Counted from the stretch's first letter, positions 18,897-28,522 are shown. The stretch is DNA of 32,000 nt from an uncultured Chloroflexia bacterium (GCA_963704755.1 OY969938.1:540001-572000); one strand, 5' to 3'. Notes: generated from the letters alone by a model not told the origin. A program made the numbers and translations.

Positions 18897-19785
18897 CTAT
18901 GCTTTATCAGCAAAACTCACACCGGCAAAACCTTGCGGACGGACCAGCAAGAACACGATCATGATGACAAAAATCACCACAGGGGAAAGGCCAGAACCGA
19001 TGGTAGAGACAAGAAATACCTCGATCAGCCCTAAAGCCACTGCAGCGACAGCCACACCCGTCAGGTTGCCCAAACCACCCAATACGGATGCAATGAACCC
19101 TTTTACAACGATCTCACCGATCTGTGGAGAGAGTGAAGCCGAAATACCGTAAAGGACGCCGGACAAACCACCCAACATACCAGAAATGACGAAAGCGGAA
19201 ACAATAATGAAATCAACGTTGATGCCCATCAAACTGGTGGCATTCAGGTCGTTGGATGCCGCCCGGATGGCGATGCCTACTTTTGTCTTTTTCAGAACAT
19301 AGATGAGAATGGCAAAAGCGATAATCGTAACAATCAAGGTGAGCAAATAAGTGACAGAAACGGTCAGGTTGCCCAATTTAAGAGGATTTAACCTTTAAAA
19401 GGGTATAGGGAAATGACTCGAATGAAGCGCCAAAAGTAATAATCAGGACCTGCTCAAGCAGCATGAGCATGGTCACTGAAGTAACAAAAAAGTAGATCAA
19501 CTGGCCATTTTGTTTTCGTATCCACCGAAAAGCTACAAACTCGACAAACACAGCGGTAATGGCTCCGGTAACGATACCCACAAGAATAATACCGATAAAG
19601 GGCAACTTAAATGTGGTCGCTGCAATAAACCCGGCGTATGCACTGATTCCCAACACACCCCCGTGTGCAAAGTTGGAGAATTTCAAGATATTAAAGATCA
19701 TGGCAAAGCCAACAGCGATCAGTGCATACACCGCGCCGAGCGATAACCCATTGATGATCTGTTGAAAGATCATAGTTGATTGCAT
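18897..19785 (-). pseudogene. livH: LivH-like ABC permease split by a +1 frameshift
   Basis: Two half-length ORFs (19785-19378 and 19376-18897). Together they are colinear with LivH (NGLSLGAVYALIAVGF ... IAIRAASNDLNATSLMGINV). The span is 889 nt = 3n+1. The second frame is open from 19394, and removing one A from the AAA at 19387-19389 gives ...PYTLLKVNPLKLGNLTV... Confidence 0.75.
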
Positions 19786-19857
19786 AAACGCTCCTCTTTG
19801 TTGGTTGGGGTCCAAGGGTAATGAACCCCAACCAACCAACGGTTTCAGAATGTTGCC

Positions 19858-21078
19858 TTACTGTGCCTGACCAAGGGGGGTATAGAACTCAACAAATTTT
19901 GGCTGGCCATTATCAATCGTCATGATGGCCATCGGCAAAGACTCAGGTTGGTGCATCGTCGGGGACATGGTGATCTTGCCCTGGAAGCCCTGGTAATCTT
20001 TGACCTCGGTTACCTGCTTGGTAATACAATCTGAGGTGACCGTATCGCCACAGGCCGTGATCGCCTGAACCAGGATGCCGAAGGCATCCGCACCAGAATA
20101 AGACTGGGCAATAGGATCAGCGTTGTACAGGGTTTTGTACTTTGCCGACCAATCGGCCAATTGCGGATCAGAAGGATTGATACCGTATGGATAGAAGGTA
20201 TTGGTGGTAGCGGCCGGATCAGTCTGCGGGGCAAGTCCGGTAGGAGGAACTGAGTTGCTGCCGATCATCGGAACGGTAATGCCAAGTTCGTAAGCCTGTT
20301 CGTAGATCAAGGGAATCTCAACCGGGTAGGATGGGAAGTAAATCGCATCCGGATTTGCGGCTTTGATATTGGTCAACTGAGCGCGGAAGTCCTTGTCCGC
20401 GGTCGTGTATGTTTCCTGATCGACGATGGTGCCGCCATTTGAAATCACCAGGCTTTCAAAAGCGTTCGCCAGGCCAACGGAGTATGAATTCTGCAGGTTG
20501 TACAGAATTGCAATTTTCTTGGCTTTCAACTCATTGATGGTGTAAGCAGCGATGGTTTTGCCCTGAACCGCTGCGGAGTCCTGACCCAGGAACATGTAAG
20601 TCCAGGGATTGCCATCCGGTTGGATAATGGCGTTATCATCCATGAACAGGCCTACAATGGGAACTTGCAACTGTTCGGCAACAGGGGCAAGAGCAATACC
20701 GATATTGGATACTGGAGGGCCGAAGACAGCCACAACTTTATCCTGCTCAACCAGGCGATGATAGGCGTTGATAGCTTGATTGACATCACTTTGGGTATCG
20801 TAGGTGATCATTTTGATCTGGCGGCCATTGATGCCGCCGGTAGCGTTGATCTCATCGATCTTCATTTGGGCTGCATAGGTCAAAACAATACTCAATGCCT
20901 TCATTCCACCCAATTCGTCTTGAAGGTTACCGATTACGATATCGGACTTGTCTGCTGTGGTGGTTGACGCAGTAGTGGCGACGGCAGCTGTAGTTGGGGC
21001 TGCTGTAGGCGTAGCACATGCGCTCAATGCAATGGCTATGACCAGTGTTACGACGATCATCATACTAAGCCTTTTCAT
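19858..21078 (-). CDS. ABC transporter substrate-binding lipoprotein (LivK / type I periplasmic binding fold)
   Basis: 406 aa. Lipobox LSAC, a Thr/Ala-rich linker, then a Leu/Ile/Val-binding-protein-like fold (VVAVFGPPVSN, KIAILY). Confidence 0.85.
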   Translation of the reverse strand: MKRLSMMIVVTLVIAIALSACATPTAAPTTAAVATTASTTTADKSDIVIGNLQDELGGMKALSIVLTYAAQMKIDEINATGGINGRQIKMITYDTQSDVNQAINAYHRLVEQDKVVAVFGPPVSNIGIALAPVAEQLQVPIVGLFMDDNAIIQPDGNPWTYMFLGQDSAAVQGKTIAAYTINELKAKKIAILYNLQNSYSVGLANAFESLVISNGGTIVDQETYTTADKDFRAQLTNIKAANPDAIYFPSYPVEIPLIYEQAYELGITVPMIGSNSVPPTGLAPQTDPAATTNTFYPYGINPSDPQLADWSAKYKTLYNADPIAQSYSGADAFGILVQAITACGDTVTSDCITKQVTEVKDYQGFQGKITMSPTMHQPESLPMAIMTIDNGQPKFVEFYTPLGQAQ

Positions 21079-21181
21079 TTATTAGCTCCTCTTCAAATTT
21101 GTGTTCAGGCACATACACCAATTACCGGTTTCCGTTATTTCGGTTTTCTTGCACCTCCTTCACAAAACAGATAAGAAAAAG

Positions 21182-23437
21182 TCAGGGAGTTAAGACGATA
21201 GCAATATTTTTTTCGTGTAACGCTTGCCAAACTTTTTCAGGGGTAAGGGGTAAGTCGTGGAATAGCACCCCAGTCGCTTCTTCAACAGCGAGGGCAATCG
21301 CGGGTGCAATCGGGATAATGCCGCTCTCTCCTGTACCTTTAGCTCCTTGCGGACCGGAACCATCTCCATTTTCAACCAGCATCGAAACCAACTCTCCCGG
21401 CGCATCTTGCGTGGTGGGGATGCGATAATCGAGCGCGCCAAGATTTAAAATTCGTCCGCGTTGGTCCATAATCAGTTGTTCCATTAAGGAATGGCCTAAA
21501 CCTTGAACTGCTCCCCCTTCATCTTGCGATTCCACCAATAATGGATTGATTGCCTTGCCAATATCTCCTACAGTGACCAGTTTCTTGACGCTCACAAAGC
21601 CGGTTTCAGGATCGACTTCCACCTCAGATGCGGCGAAGATTACTTCGTAGAATGAGATACCACCTCCCAGGGGATGATTGGGGTTGCGGGCCTCTTTATA
21701 AGCACCTAAACCGATAATCTCACCAGAAACCAGGCCAAAATATGCTCTGATGATATCGACATAAGAAAGTTCGCAATCTGGCAGGACTACCTTGCCGCCT
21801 GCAAATTTGACCTCATCCTCCTGGACAGCGAAACATTCGACCGCGATCTTTTTTATTTTCTCTTTGATGTCTTCGCAGGCATGGACCACCGAATTACCCA
21901 TAAATACCGTTGAACGACTCGAAGCTGTGACCGAATCAAAAGGAACGACGCCTGTATCACCGTTAATTACTTTGACCTGTTCCATGGGGATTTCGAGTGT
22001 ATCAGCCGCGAGCTGAGCAAAAACCGTCCTGGCCCCCTGGCCCATTTCAGTGGTACCCACCATCACAGTCAGGCTGCCGTCCTGGTGCAGGCGCACGATA
22101 GACTGCGATACGGTGGCGGGAGCCGGCGACTTGATGCCAATTCCCAGGCCACGGCCATGATTCTTGGGCAAAGGTTCGCCCCAGCCAACCGCTTTTGCCG
22201 CTTTGGCCAGACCTTCACGCCAGTCACCATCCACCGGTAATTCACCAGGCACCAGGGTTTCACCTTTCTTGGGCAGGTTCATCAGGCGGATTTCCAAACG
22301 ATCGATGTCGAGTTTACGAGCAGCAATGTCCATCACAGAATCGAGGGGCCACATGAATTGCGGTGCACCAAAGCCACGGAAAGCTGTACCAGGCACTGTG
22401 TGAGAGAGATATGCCCTTGCTCGGATAAGGGTATTGGGGGAATAATAAGCGCCGGTGCCCACCAATGCCGCCTTGGCCACCACGCGGGGTGAGGCATTCG
22501 CGTAAGCGCCGATCAGAAAATCGGCATAGACCTGCATGAAGCTCAGCTTGCCATTATTTTTGAAGCCAGCCTTTACCCGAATAGTGCTTGAATTCCGTCT
22601 CCCCAGGAGAAATGTTTCTTCGAGTGACAGGCGCAAACGCACCGTGCGGTTTAGCTTCATGGCTAAAAAGGCCATAAGAGGCTCGAATTTCGGATACCCT
22701 TTGCCGCCAAATCCGCCGCCTAGCTCGGGCGCAATGACGCGTACTTTCGATATCGGCATATGCAAGGCGCCTGCCACCACTCGCTGCAGCAAGAAAGGGT
22801 GCTGTACGGTGCTCCAAATGCATACACCATCATTATCGGGAGAGGCAATGAAAACATGCGGCTCGATGGCGAAATGGGTGGTCATAGGGAAATTGAAGGT
22901 GTCTTCAATCACCAGGTCAGCCGGCGTATCTTCTGGTTTTCCCCAATTGAAATTCCATTCATCCAAAATATTGGTCTTGGCGAAAGCTTGCCCCTGGCGA
23001 ATAGACGGGTCCTGTACAAGGGGGGCATTCGGATCCCTGGCCTGTTCTATAGTGTAAATTCCGGGCCGCTCTTCGAATTGGACCTTTACCAGACTGGCAG
23101 CCTTTGCCGCAATATCTTCGGTCTCGGCCACAACTGCGGCAACGGGATCACCAAAGAACTTCACTTCATCAGTAGCAATGATCGGCTGATCATTCAAGAA
23201 GGGGCCGTATCGGGCCACGGGTTGGGGCAAGTCCTTGGCGGTGAGCACAAAATGGACTCCCTCGATCTGGCTGGCTACGGTGGTATCGATAGAGAGAATG
23301 CGGGCATGCGCAACATCGAGGCGGACCAATTTGACATGAAGTGTATTTGCAAATTTCATGTCAGCGGCATATTTCAAAGTGCCGCTCACCCTTTCTTCTA
23401 TTCCTACCCGCTTAACTGATCTGCCAATCTGTTTCAT
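21182..23437 (-). CDS. xanthine dehydrogenase/aldehyde oxidase family molybdopterin-binding large subunit
   Basis: 751 aa. N-terminal a/b-hammerhead (RVGIEERVSGTLKYAADM), GGGFGGK and GTTEMGQG motifs characteristic of Mo-hydroxylase large subunits. Confidence 0.9.
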   Translation of the reverse strand: MKQIGRSVKRVGIEERVSGTLKYAADMKFANTLHVKLVRLDVAHARILSIDTTVASQIEGVHFVLTAKDLPQPVARYGPFLNDQPIIATDEVKFFGDPVAAVVAETEDIAAKAASLVKVQFEERPGIYTIEQARDPNAPLVQDPSIRQGQAFAKTNILDEWNFNWGKPEDTPADLVIEDTFNFPMTTHFAIEPHVFIASPDNDGVCIWSTVQHPFLLQRVVAGALHMPISKVRVIAPELGGGFGGKGYPKFEPLMAFLAMKLNRTVRLRLSLEETFLLGRRNSSTIRVKAGFKNNGKLSFMQVYADFLIGAYANASPRVVAKAALVGTGAYYSPNTLIRARAYLSHTVPGTAFRGFGAPQFMWPLDSVMDIAARKLDIDRLEIRLMNLPKKGETLVPGELPVDGDWREGLAKAAKAVGWGEPLPKNHGRGLGIGIKSPAPATVSQSIVRLHQDGSLTVMVGTTEMGQGARTVFAQLAADTLEIPMEQVKVINGDTGVVPFDSVTASSRSTVFMGNSVVHACEDIKEKIKKIAVECFAVQEDEVKFAGGKVVLPDCELSYVDIIRAYFGLVSGEIIGLGAYKEARNPNHPLGGGISFYEVIFAASEVEVDPETGFVSVKKLVTVGDIGKAINPLLVESQDEGGAVQGLGHSLMEQLIMDQRGRILNLGALDYRIPTTQDAPGELVSMLVENGDGSGPQGAKGTGESGIIPIAPAIALAVEEATGVLFHDLPLTPEKVWQALHEKNIAIVLTP

Positions 23438-23465
23438 TATCTTGATCTACCTCTATGCTCTGGTC

Positions 23466-23501
23466 CCTTGCAGCATGGCCCACGCGCGCCATGCTGCAAG
23501 G
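23466..23501 (-). terminator. 14-bp perfect hairpin between the DRE-TIM gene and the Mo-subunit gene (internal terminator/attenuator or RNA stabiliser)
   Basis: CCTTGCAGCATGGC-ccacgcgc-GCCATGCTGCAAGG within the 83-nt intergenic gap. Confidence 0.4.
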
Positions 23502-23520
23502 AGTTGTGCTGTTGCGTTAA

Positions 23521-24735
23521 TTACTTACCGGTAACTTCCTTTACAATGGCGACAAATTCTTCGTCATTGACCAGGCCCTTTTTCATGATGCCCAGCTCTT
23601 TGATCTTTGTCATCACGGTCTTCTTCTGGTCAGTGGGTAAATCGGCCATGTCCAGGTCTTGTAACTTCATATCTACGGAGGCCATACCGGATTTCTTGCC
23701 CAAAACGTACTGTGCCTTTTGGCCCACCCAGTCAGGCATAACGCCGAACAGGGCCAGAGGCTGCGTCTTGACCAGGTTGACGCCCATACCCGATTCGCGA
23801 GTAAAAGCACGGCCGCCGATCAAAGGTTTCGACGGGGCGATCTTGAACTTGCTGATATCGATCACCTGGTGCGAAATCTCGTACAGTTTTTCGAACTTGA
23901 TGTTGCTGTCCAGTCCATAGAGGGTCTTGGCGGACACAGCCGCCTCATCGAGCGGCGTGTTGCCCGTGCGCTCGCCCAAGCCGGCGACGGAGACATGGAT
24001 CACTTCGGCGCCAGCCGTGACCGCGGCCAGCGAGGTGGCCACGCCCATGCCGAAATCGGTGTGCGTGTGCACTTCGATGCGCTTGTGGGTGATCTCTTTC
24101 ATCTGCTTTACCAGGTAAACTGCCGCCTGTGGGGTGAGCGAACCGGAGGTATCCACCACACTCACACCATCGACTTCGGGCAAGGAGCCCACTTCGCGCA
24201 AAACACGGGTGAAGAACTCGGGACGTGAGCGCGTGCAATCCATGGGGAAGAGCACAACCTCGAGGCCTTTGCTTTTGGCAAATTTGGCCCAATGGGTTGC
24301 CTTCTCGACCACGTCATCCTCGGTCCATTCGCTGAACTGGTATTTGAGGCGCGGGGTACCTACCGGCAGCTCGAGGATAATGCCATCCACGCCACAATCC
24401 AGGGCGTTCTGCACATCGCTTTCGATGCCGCGGCAGAGCACAAATACCTGAGCCTTTGGGCGCATTTCCACGATCTCTTTGGTGGCGCGTTTATCCTCTT
24501 CGGAAACGGCCGGCAAAGAGGCTTCGATACGATCCACACCTAACTCATCCAGTAATTTGGCAATGTAGACTTTCTCTTCTGCGCGGAAAGCAACACCGGG
24601 GCTTTGTTCCCCATCGCGCAGGGTCACATCGTGAAACTTGACCTTCTCGGGCAGAGAAAACTGTGAGCGTACTTCCTCGAAATAGTTGTAAGGGCTCGTC
24701 CAATAGTTCTGATTATGAAATAAAGTTTCTTCCAT
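23521..24735 (-). CDS. DRE-TIM metallolyase (HMGL-like; homocitrate/isopropylmalate/citramalate synthase-like) protein
   Basis: ATG at 24735 preceded by AGGAG; the track start at 24852 is a spurious extension. FHDVTLRDGEQSPG and HTHTDFGMGVATSLAAVTAGA motifs. 404 aa, with no LeuA-type regulatory domain. Confidence 0.8.
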   Translation of the reverse strand: MEETLFHNQNYWTSPYNYFEEVRSQFSLPEKVKFHDVTLRDGEQSPGVAFRAEEKVYIAKLLDELGVDRIEASLPAVSEEDKRATKEIVEMRPKAQVFVLCRGIESDVQNALDCGVDGIILELPVGTPRLKYQFSEWTEDDVVEKATHWAKFAKSKGLEVVLFPMDCTRSRPEFFTRVLREVGSLPEVDGVSVVDTSGSLTPQAAVYLVKQMKEITHKRIEVHTHTDFGMGVATSLAAVTAGAEVIHVSVAGLGERTGNTPLDEAAVSAKTLYGLDSNIKFEKLYEISHQVIDISKFKIAPSKPLIGGRAFTRESGMGVNLVKTQPLALFGVMPDWVGQKAQYVLGKKSGMASVDMKLQDLDMADLPTDQKKTVMTKIKELGIMKKGLVNDEEFVAIVKEVTGK

Positions 24736-24748
24736 CACTTTCACTCCT

Positions 24749-25510
24749 CTAATCTTCAATGATTGCAACGGCGCGTGTCCAACCCGCTGAACCGCGTTCG
24801 ATTTTGATCGGGAAGCAGCAGACCTTGAAGCCAAGCGGGGCAGGCAGTTCATCTAAATGTGCCATTTTTTCGATCTGCAGATATTCGACACGTCGTCCGA
24901 AGAAATGTGAAGGCCAGAGGTGTCTTTGATCATTGGTCTCGTGATAAGCTTCTACCATCTTGGCTACCGGGCGATCCAGACCCCAGCCATCGATGCCGAT
25001 AACTTTCACACCCTGATCCAGAATGTACTTCGTTGCTTCCATACCCAAACCAGACTGAGCCGGCAGGTATTTGGTAGTGCCCCAGTATTTATCGGCGCCC
25101 GTTTGAATTAAAACGATGTCGCCGGGCTCGAGGCTGTGATTAATTTTCGCCAGGGCTTTCTTAACATCTTCTTCGGTTATTTCAGAGCCCTGTTCCAAAT
25201 GGCGGAAATCCAACAAGACGCCATTGCCATAGCACCACTCCAGGGGAACCTGGTCGATCGTTTTAGAAGGCTTGCCGTCGATTTCCGGGCCGTAATGCCA
25301 GGGGGCATCTACATGGGTGCCCGAATGTGTACTGGCATTCACCTGATCAGAAGCTAATGCCATACCGCCTTCAAAGTCGGTTGGATCAATTTTCGCAAGA
25401 GCTGCCAGCCGGCGAGCACCCTCGGCATGCGTTGTGTGGGTGATCGAGGGCGGATAGGGTTCGCTGGCAAAATTCTGATGCGGAAGGCTTAGGTCAATAA
25501 AACGAGTCAT
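24749..25510 (-). CDS. cyclase-family metal-dependent hydrolase (kynurenine formamidase / isatin hydrolase-like)
   Basis: 253 aa. Signature HSGTHVDAPWH (HxGTHxDxPxH). Confidence 0.8.
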   Translation of the reverse strand: MTRFIDLSLPHQNFASEPYPPSITHTTHAEGARRLAALAKIDPTDFEGGMALASDQVNASTHSGTHVDAPWHYGPEIDGKPSKTIDQVPLEWCYGNGVLLDFRHLEQGSEITEEDVKKALAKINHSLEPGDIVLIQTGADKYWGTTKYLPAQSGLGMEATKYILDQGVKVIGIDGWGLDRPVAKMVEAYHETNDQRHLWPSHFFGRRVEYLQIEKMAHLDELPAPLGFKVCCFPIKIERGSAGWTRAVAIIED

Positions 25511-25558
25511 TTACTTCTCCTTTTGAATAGGATCCTTCTATTAGTTTATTAAGCCTTT

Positions 25559-26431
25559 TCAGGCACTAATTGTTACTGTCAACGCTTCGAGCTGGTCGGT
25601 GTTTGCAGGCTCGCCGATCAATTGGCGGCGAATGCCCATAATAGGAACGTTCGTGATCCCTTTTTCTGCCATCAGTGCTTTCAACTCATCGATAAAAATG
25701 CCGGATTCTTTTTGTTCTGACATATCCCGGCTAGTACCTAACATCGTGCCTTTCCCTTTTGAAAAATCGACGCCGCAAGACGGGCTTGGATTCATGCCCA
25801 GAACGCCGACCACTTCAAAACCCATTGCCAGGTAATCTTCGATCTGTTTGACCACGATGCCGGCGTACTTACGAAAACCGGCCCGAATCTCGTCCTTGAT
25901 CACCACCCCATATAGCGTTTTTTCCAAACCTAAAACTTCATATTCCGGACAGGGCATCTGGATAATCCCCAGGCCGCTATCCAGTAAGGTTCGGATTAAG
26001 GGAACATTGGCCCCCTCAAAAGCGCAACCTTCGGGAAAACGTGTATTGATATTCAGCCAGCAGTGGCTGATGAAAATGACCCGGCGTTTGCGCCGGTCGC
26101 TCAGGAATATATAGCCCAGGCGATAGGCATCGGAAAACGTGCCCTCGAACTCAATCTCACCCGTGCCCCACAAGCCGATAAAGAACGGCAGCTTCCCCGA
26201 AGCGACCCGATCGAGGGTTTCTTTTGAACATTTCAGCACGAAATCGGCCTGCTGAGGTTCAGCAAGGTCCAATTGCTCGCCATCTGACTTCCAATAGAAC
26301 GTTTCGTCTTCCACCTGCCATTGGATTACTCTTTGCCACTCTTTTATCCGTAAAGGAGTCAGTTTTGCCGTTTTGGCTTTATCCAATAATTTGTTCAGGG
26401 ATTCACCGGAAGAAGACGTTTTTTTGATCAT
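25559..26431 (-). CDS. fusion protein: N-terminal SCP2-like domain + C-terminal DUF523/TudS-like putative [4Fe-4S] domain
   Basis: N-terminal half: FVLKCSKETLDRVASGKLPFFIGLWGTGEIEFEGTFSDAYRLGYIF (SCP2-like). C-terminal half: three Cys blocks ISHCWLNINTRF, MPCPEYEVLGL and NPSPSCGV, which parallel the SACLLG..VRYDG / CPE..GGLP / SPSCG blocks of DUF523 as I recall them. ATGA overlap with the 2Fe-2S gene. Confidence 0.55.
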   Translation of the reverse strand: MIKKTSSSGESLNKLLDKAKTAKLTPLRIKEWQRVIQWQVEDETFYWKSDGEQLDLAEPQQADFVLKCSKETLDRVASGKLPFFIGLWGTGEIEFEGTFSDAYRLGYIFLSDRRKRRVIFISHCWLNINTRFPEGCAFEGANVPLIRTLLDSGLGIIQMPCPEYEVLGLEKTLYGVVIKDEIRAGFRKYAGIVVKQIEDYLAMGFEVVGVLGMNPSPSCGVDFSKGKGTMLGTSRDMSEQKESGIFIDELKALMAEKGITNVPIMGIRRQLIGEPANTDQLEALTVTISA

Positions 26432-26919
26432 TGGTTAACCTTTTGTTTATCCGCCAAAGAAAGCACGGCTTTGATAATGCGGGAATATCCGGTACAGCGA
26501 CAAAGATTGCCGGCCAGCGCGACCTTCACCTCTTCTTCGCTAGGGTCTGGATTTGTGTTGAGCAAATATTGTGCAGCCATAATCATGCCTGGGGTGCAGA
26601 AACCACATTGCACCGCGCCTGCATCGACAAAGGCTTGCTGCAGCGGCGATAAGCTCTCCGGTCCGCCCAACCCTTCGATCGTAACGATTTCACAGCCATC
26701 GGCTTCGACCGCCAGCATCAAACAGGAATTGACCGCCTTGCCATTGAGCAGCACCGTGCAGGCGCCGCACTCACCCACCCCACAGCACTCTTTGGGGCCG
26801 GTTATACCCAACTGGTCACGCAGCACATCCAGCAAGGTGTGGTTAGAATGTACTTCAAGCGAATAGACCTGCGAATTGACGGTCAGGGTTATCGGGTAAA
26901 GGCTGGGAGCTTGGGTCAC
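26428..26919 (-). CDS. (2Fe-2S)-binding small subunit of the Mo-hydroxylase
   Basis: The GTG at 26919 overlaps the FAD-subunit stop (GTGA) and follows GAGAGGA. Motifs CCGVGECGACTV, CGFCTPGM and CRCTGY. 163 aa. The track start at 27195 is a spurious extension. Confidence 0.9.
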   Translation of the reverse strand: MTQAPSLYPITLTVNSQVYSLEVHSNHTLLDVLRDQLGITGPKECCGVGECGACTVLLNGKAVNSCLMLAVEADGCEIVTIEGLGGPESLSPLQQAFVDAGAVQCGFCTPGMIMAAQYLLNTNPDPSEEEVKVALAGNLCRCTGYSRIIKAVLSLADKQKVNQ

Positions 26920-27797
26920 GATAAATCCTCTCTCGACCGCGGCAATCGTTCCAAAGCGGTCACAAGTGCCCGCTGTCCAAGCACGGTGAGCATGGCCTGG
27001 CGGTATTCTTTGCTGGCGCGCACATCCGTGATGGGGGTGGCCTTGGTCATCAGCTTCGTGATTACCTCTTTCTTGGCATCGGCACTCAACTCGGTTGAGG
27101 TCAATAAACCATCGGGGTCTTCGGCCATTATTGGCACGGGACCAACAGCCCCCATGGCAAATCGGGTAAGTCCGTTGGTATTTACCTGGCAACACAAATT
27201 GAGAGTAGCCAGGTCCACACCCCGGCGGCGGGTGAGGCGCGTAAATGCTGCCGCCTGATCTTCAGACGGAACGGGCAAAATGATTTTTTCGACCAGCTCA
27301 TCCATGGCTAAAGCTGTTTTACCCGGGCCCAGGATGAATTCACTCAGGGGAAGGACTCTTTCTCCCCGGGGCGAGATGCAAACGACGTGAGTTTTGTAAA
27401 TCAGAAGCGATGGCGCACTGTCAGCCGCAGGCGAGGCGTTACAGAGGTTGCCCGCAATCGAAGCGCGATTGCGTATCTGTACCGAGCCGATTTCCTGTGC
27501 AGCTTCTACCAGCGCCGGATAATATCGATTGATCCGTTCGTTCGTAAGCAGCGCGTCTATGGTAGTCAGCGCGCCGATATGAATCTCTTCCCCCACCTGC
27601 CGAATGCCCGAATTGAGTTCCGCCAGACCTTTTATATCGATCACTGCCTTGGGAGAAATCCGGCCAAATTTCAGACGCACCAATAGATCTGTGCCTCCAG
27701 CCAAAAAGCGAGCATCCGGGCCATAGTTTGTCAGCAACGCGAAGGTTTGTTGGAGATCCTTCGGGTGGTAATACTCGAATGAATTCATCAATGCCAC
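26916..27797 (-). CDS. FAD-binding subunit of the Mo-hydroxylase (CoxM/XdhB-like)
   Basis: 293 aa. FLAGGTDLLVRLK and ASIAGNLCNASPAADS motifs of the molybdopterin dehydrogenase FAD-binding domain. The start is uncertain (GTG at 27797 or ATG at 27788), and neither has a clear SD. Confidence 0.88.
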   Translation of the reverse strand: MALMNSFEYYHPKDLQQTFALLTNYGPDARFLAGGTDLLVRLKFGRISPKAVIDIKGLAELNSGIRQVGEEIHIGALTTIDALLTNERINRYYPALVEAAQEIGSVQIRNRASIAGNLCNASPAADSAPSLLIYKTHVVCISPRGERVLPLSEFILGPGKTALAMDELVEKIILPVPSEDQAAAFTRLTRRRGVDLATLNLCCQVNTNGLTRFAMGAVGPVPIMAEDPDGLLTSTELSADAKKEVITKLMTKATPITDVRASKEYRQAMLTVLGQRALVTALERLPRSREDLS

Positions 27798-27838
27798 TAT
27801 TCTTTTTTACGATTTTCGGGATTTAGGGGATTTGGGGA

Positions 27839-28522
27839 TTAAGCGTCTTGTTTTTCCAGCGCTTCGAGGAGTTTGACTTTCGAATAGTTCTTATGACGGC
27901 GTAAGACTTCGATTGCCTCTTCCGTCTTCTTTGCAGCAATCATTTTCAACAATTCACGATGCTCCACCTGAGAATGTTCGGGCATATTCGGCACCAGTGA
28001 AAAGACTGAACGGCAGCGATTTAACTCGGCTTTATTCCAAAGGTCGCAAATCATGTCATTCAACATTGGCATGGGATTGTTAGAATAAATCTGCACGTGG
28101 AAGTTGCGGTTGAAAATGCCGAAGTTGTGAAAATCCTTCTGAGCAGCCAATACATCCATTTGGTCGAGCATGGATTCGAGGAGTACTACCTGTTCTTCAC
28201 CGATGAATGGGATGGCTTCACGCAGGGCCAGCTCTTCCATGTGGTAACGAATCGTTAAAACTTCCTGGGTGTCCTTCGCTGAAAATTCCGCCACGTAGGG
28301 GGAATGATGAGGGTCCTGCCGGATCAGGCCTTCCGAGGTTAAACGACCGATAGCGCTATTGACCGGGATGATGCTCACGCCCAGGCTTTTGGACAAATCC
28401 GTGAGACTGATCTTCTGACTTGGCAATAAGTCGCCGCTGACAATGGCTTCTTTAATCGATTCGTAGGCAAAGTCTTCGCGGGATAGTGGGATGTTTTTTA
28501 TGAGAGAAGGAATGGTTGTCAT
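27839..28522 (-). CDS. GntR family transcriptional regulator (FadR/FCD subfamily)
   Basis: 227 aa. wHTH LLPSQKISLTDLSKSLGVSIIPVNSAIGRLTSEGLI, and a helical C-terminal FCD-like domain with conserved His. Confidence 0.85.
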   Translation of the reverse strand: MTTIPSLIKNIPLSREDFAYESIKEAIVSGDLLPSQKISLTDLSKSLGVSIIPVNSAIGRLTSEGLIRQDPHHSPYVAEFSAKDTQEVLTIRYHMEELALREAIPFIGEEQVVLLESMLDQMDVLAAQKDFHNFGIFNRNFHVQIYSNNPMPMLNDMICDLWNKAELNRCRSVFSLVPNMPEHSQVEHRELLKMIAAKKTEEAIEVLRRHKNYSKVKLLEALEKQDA

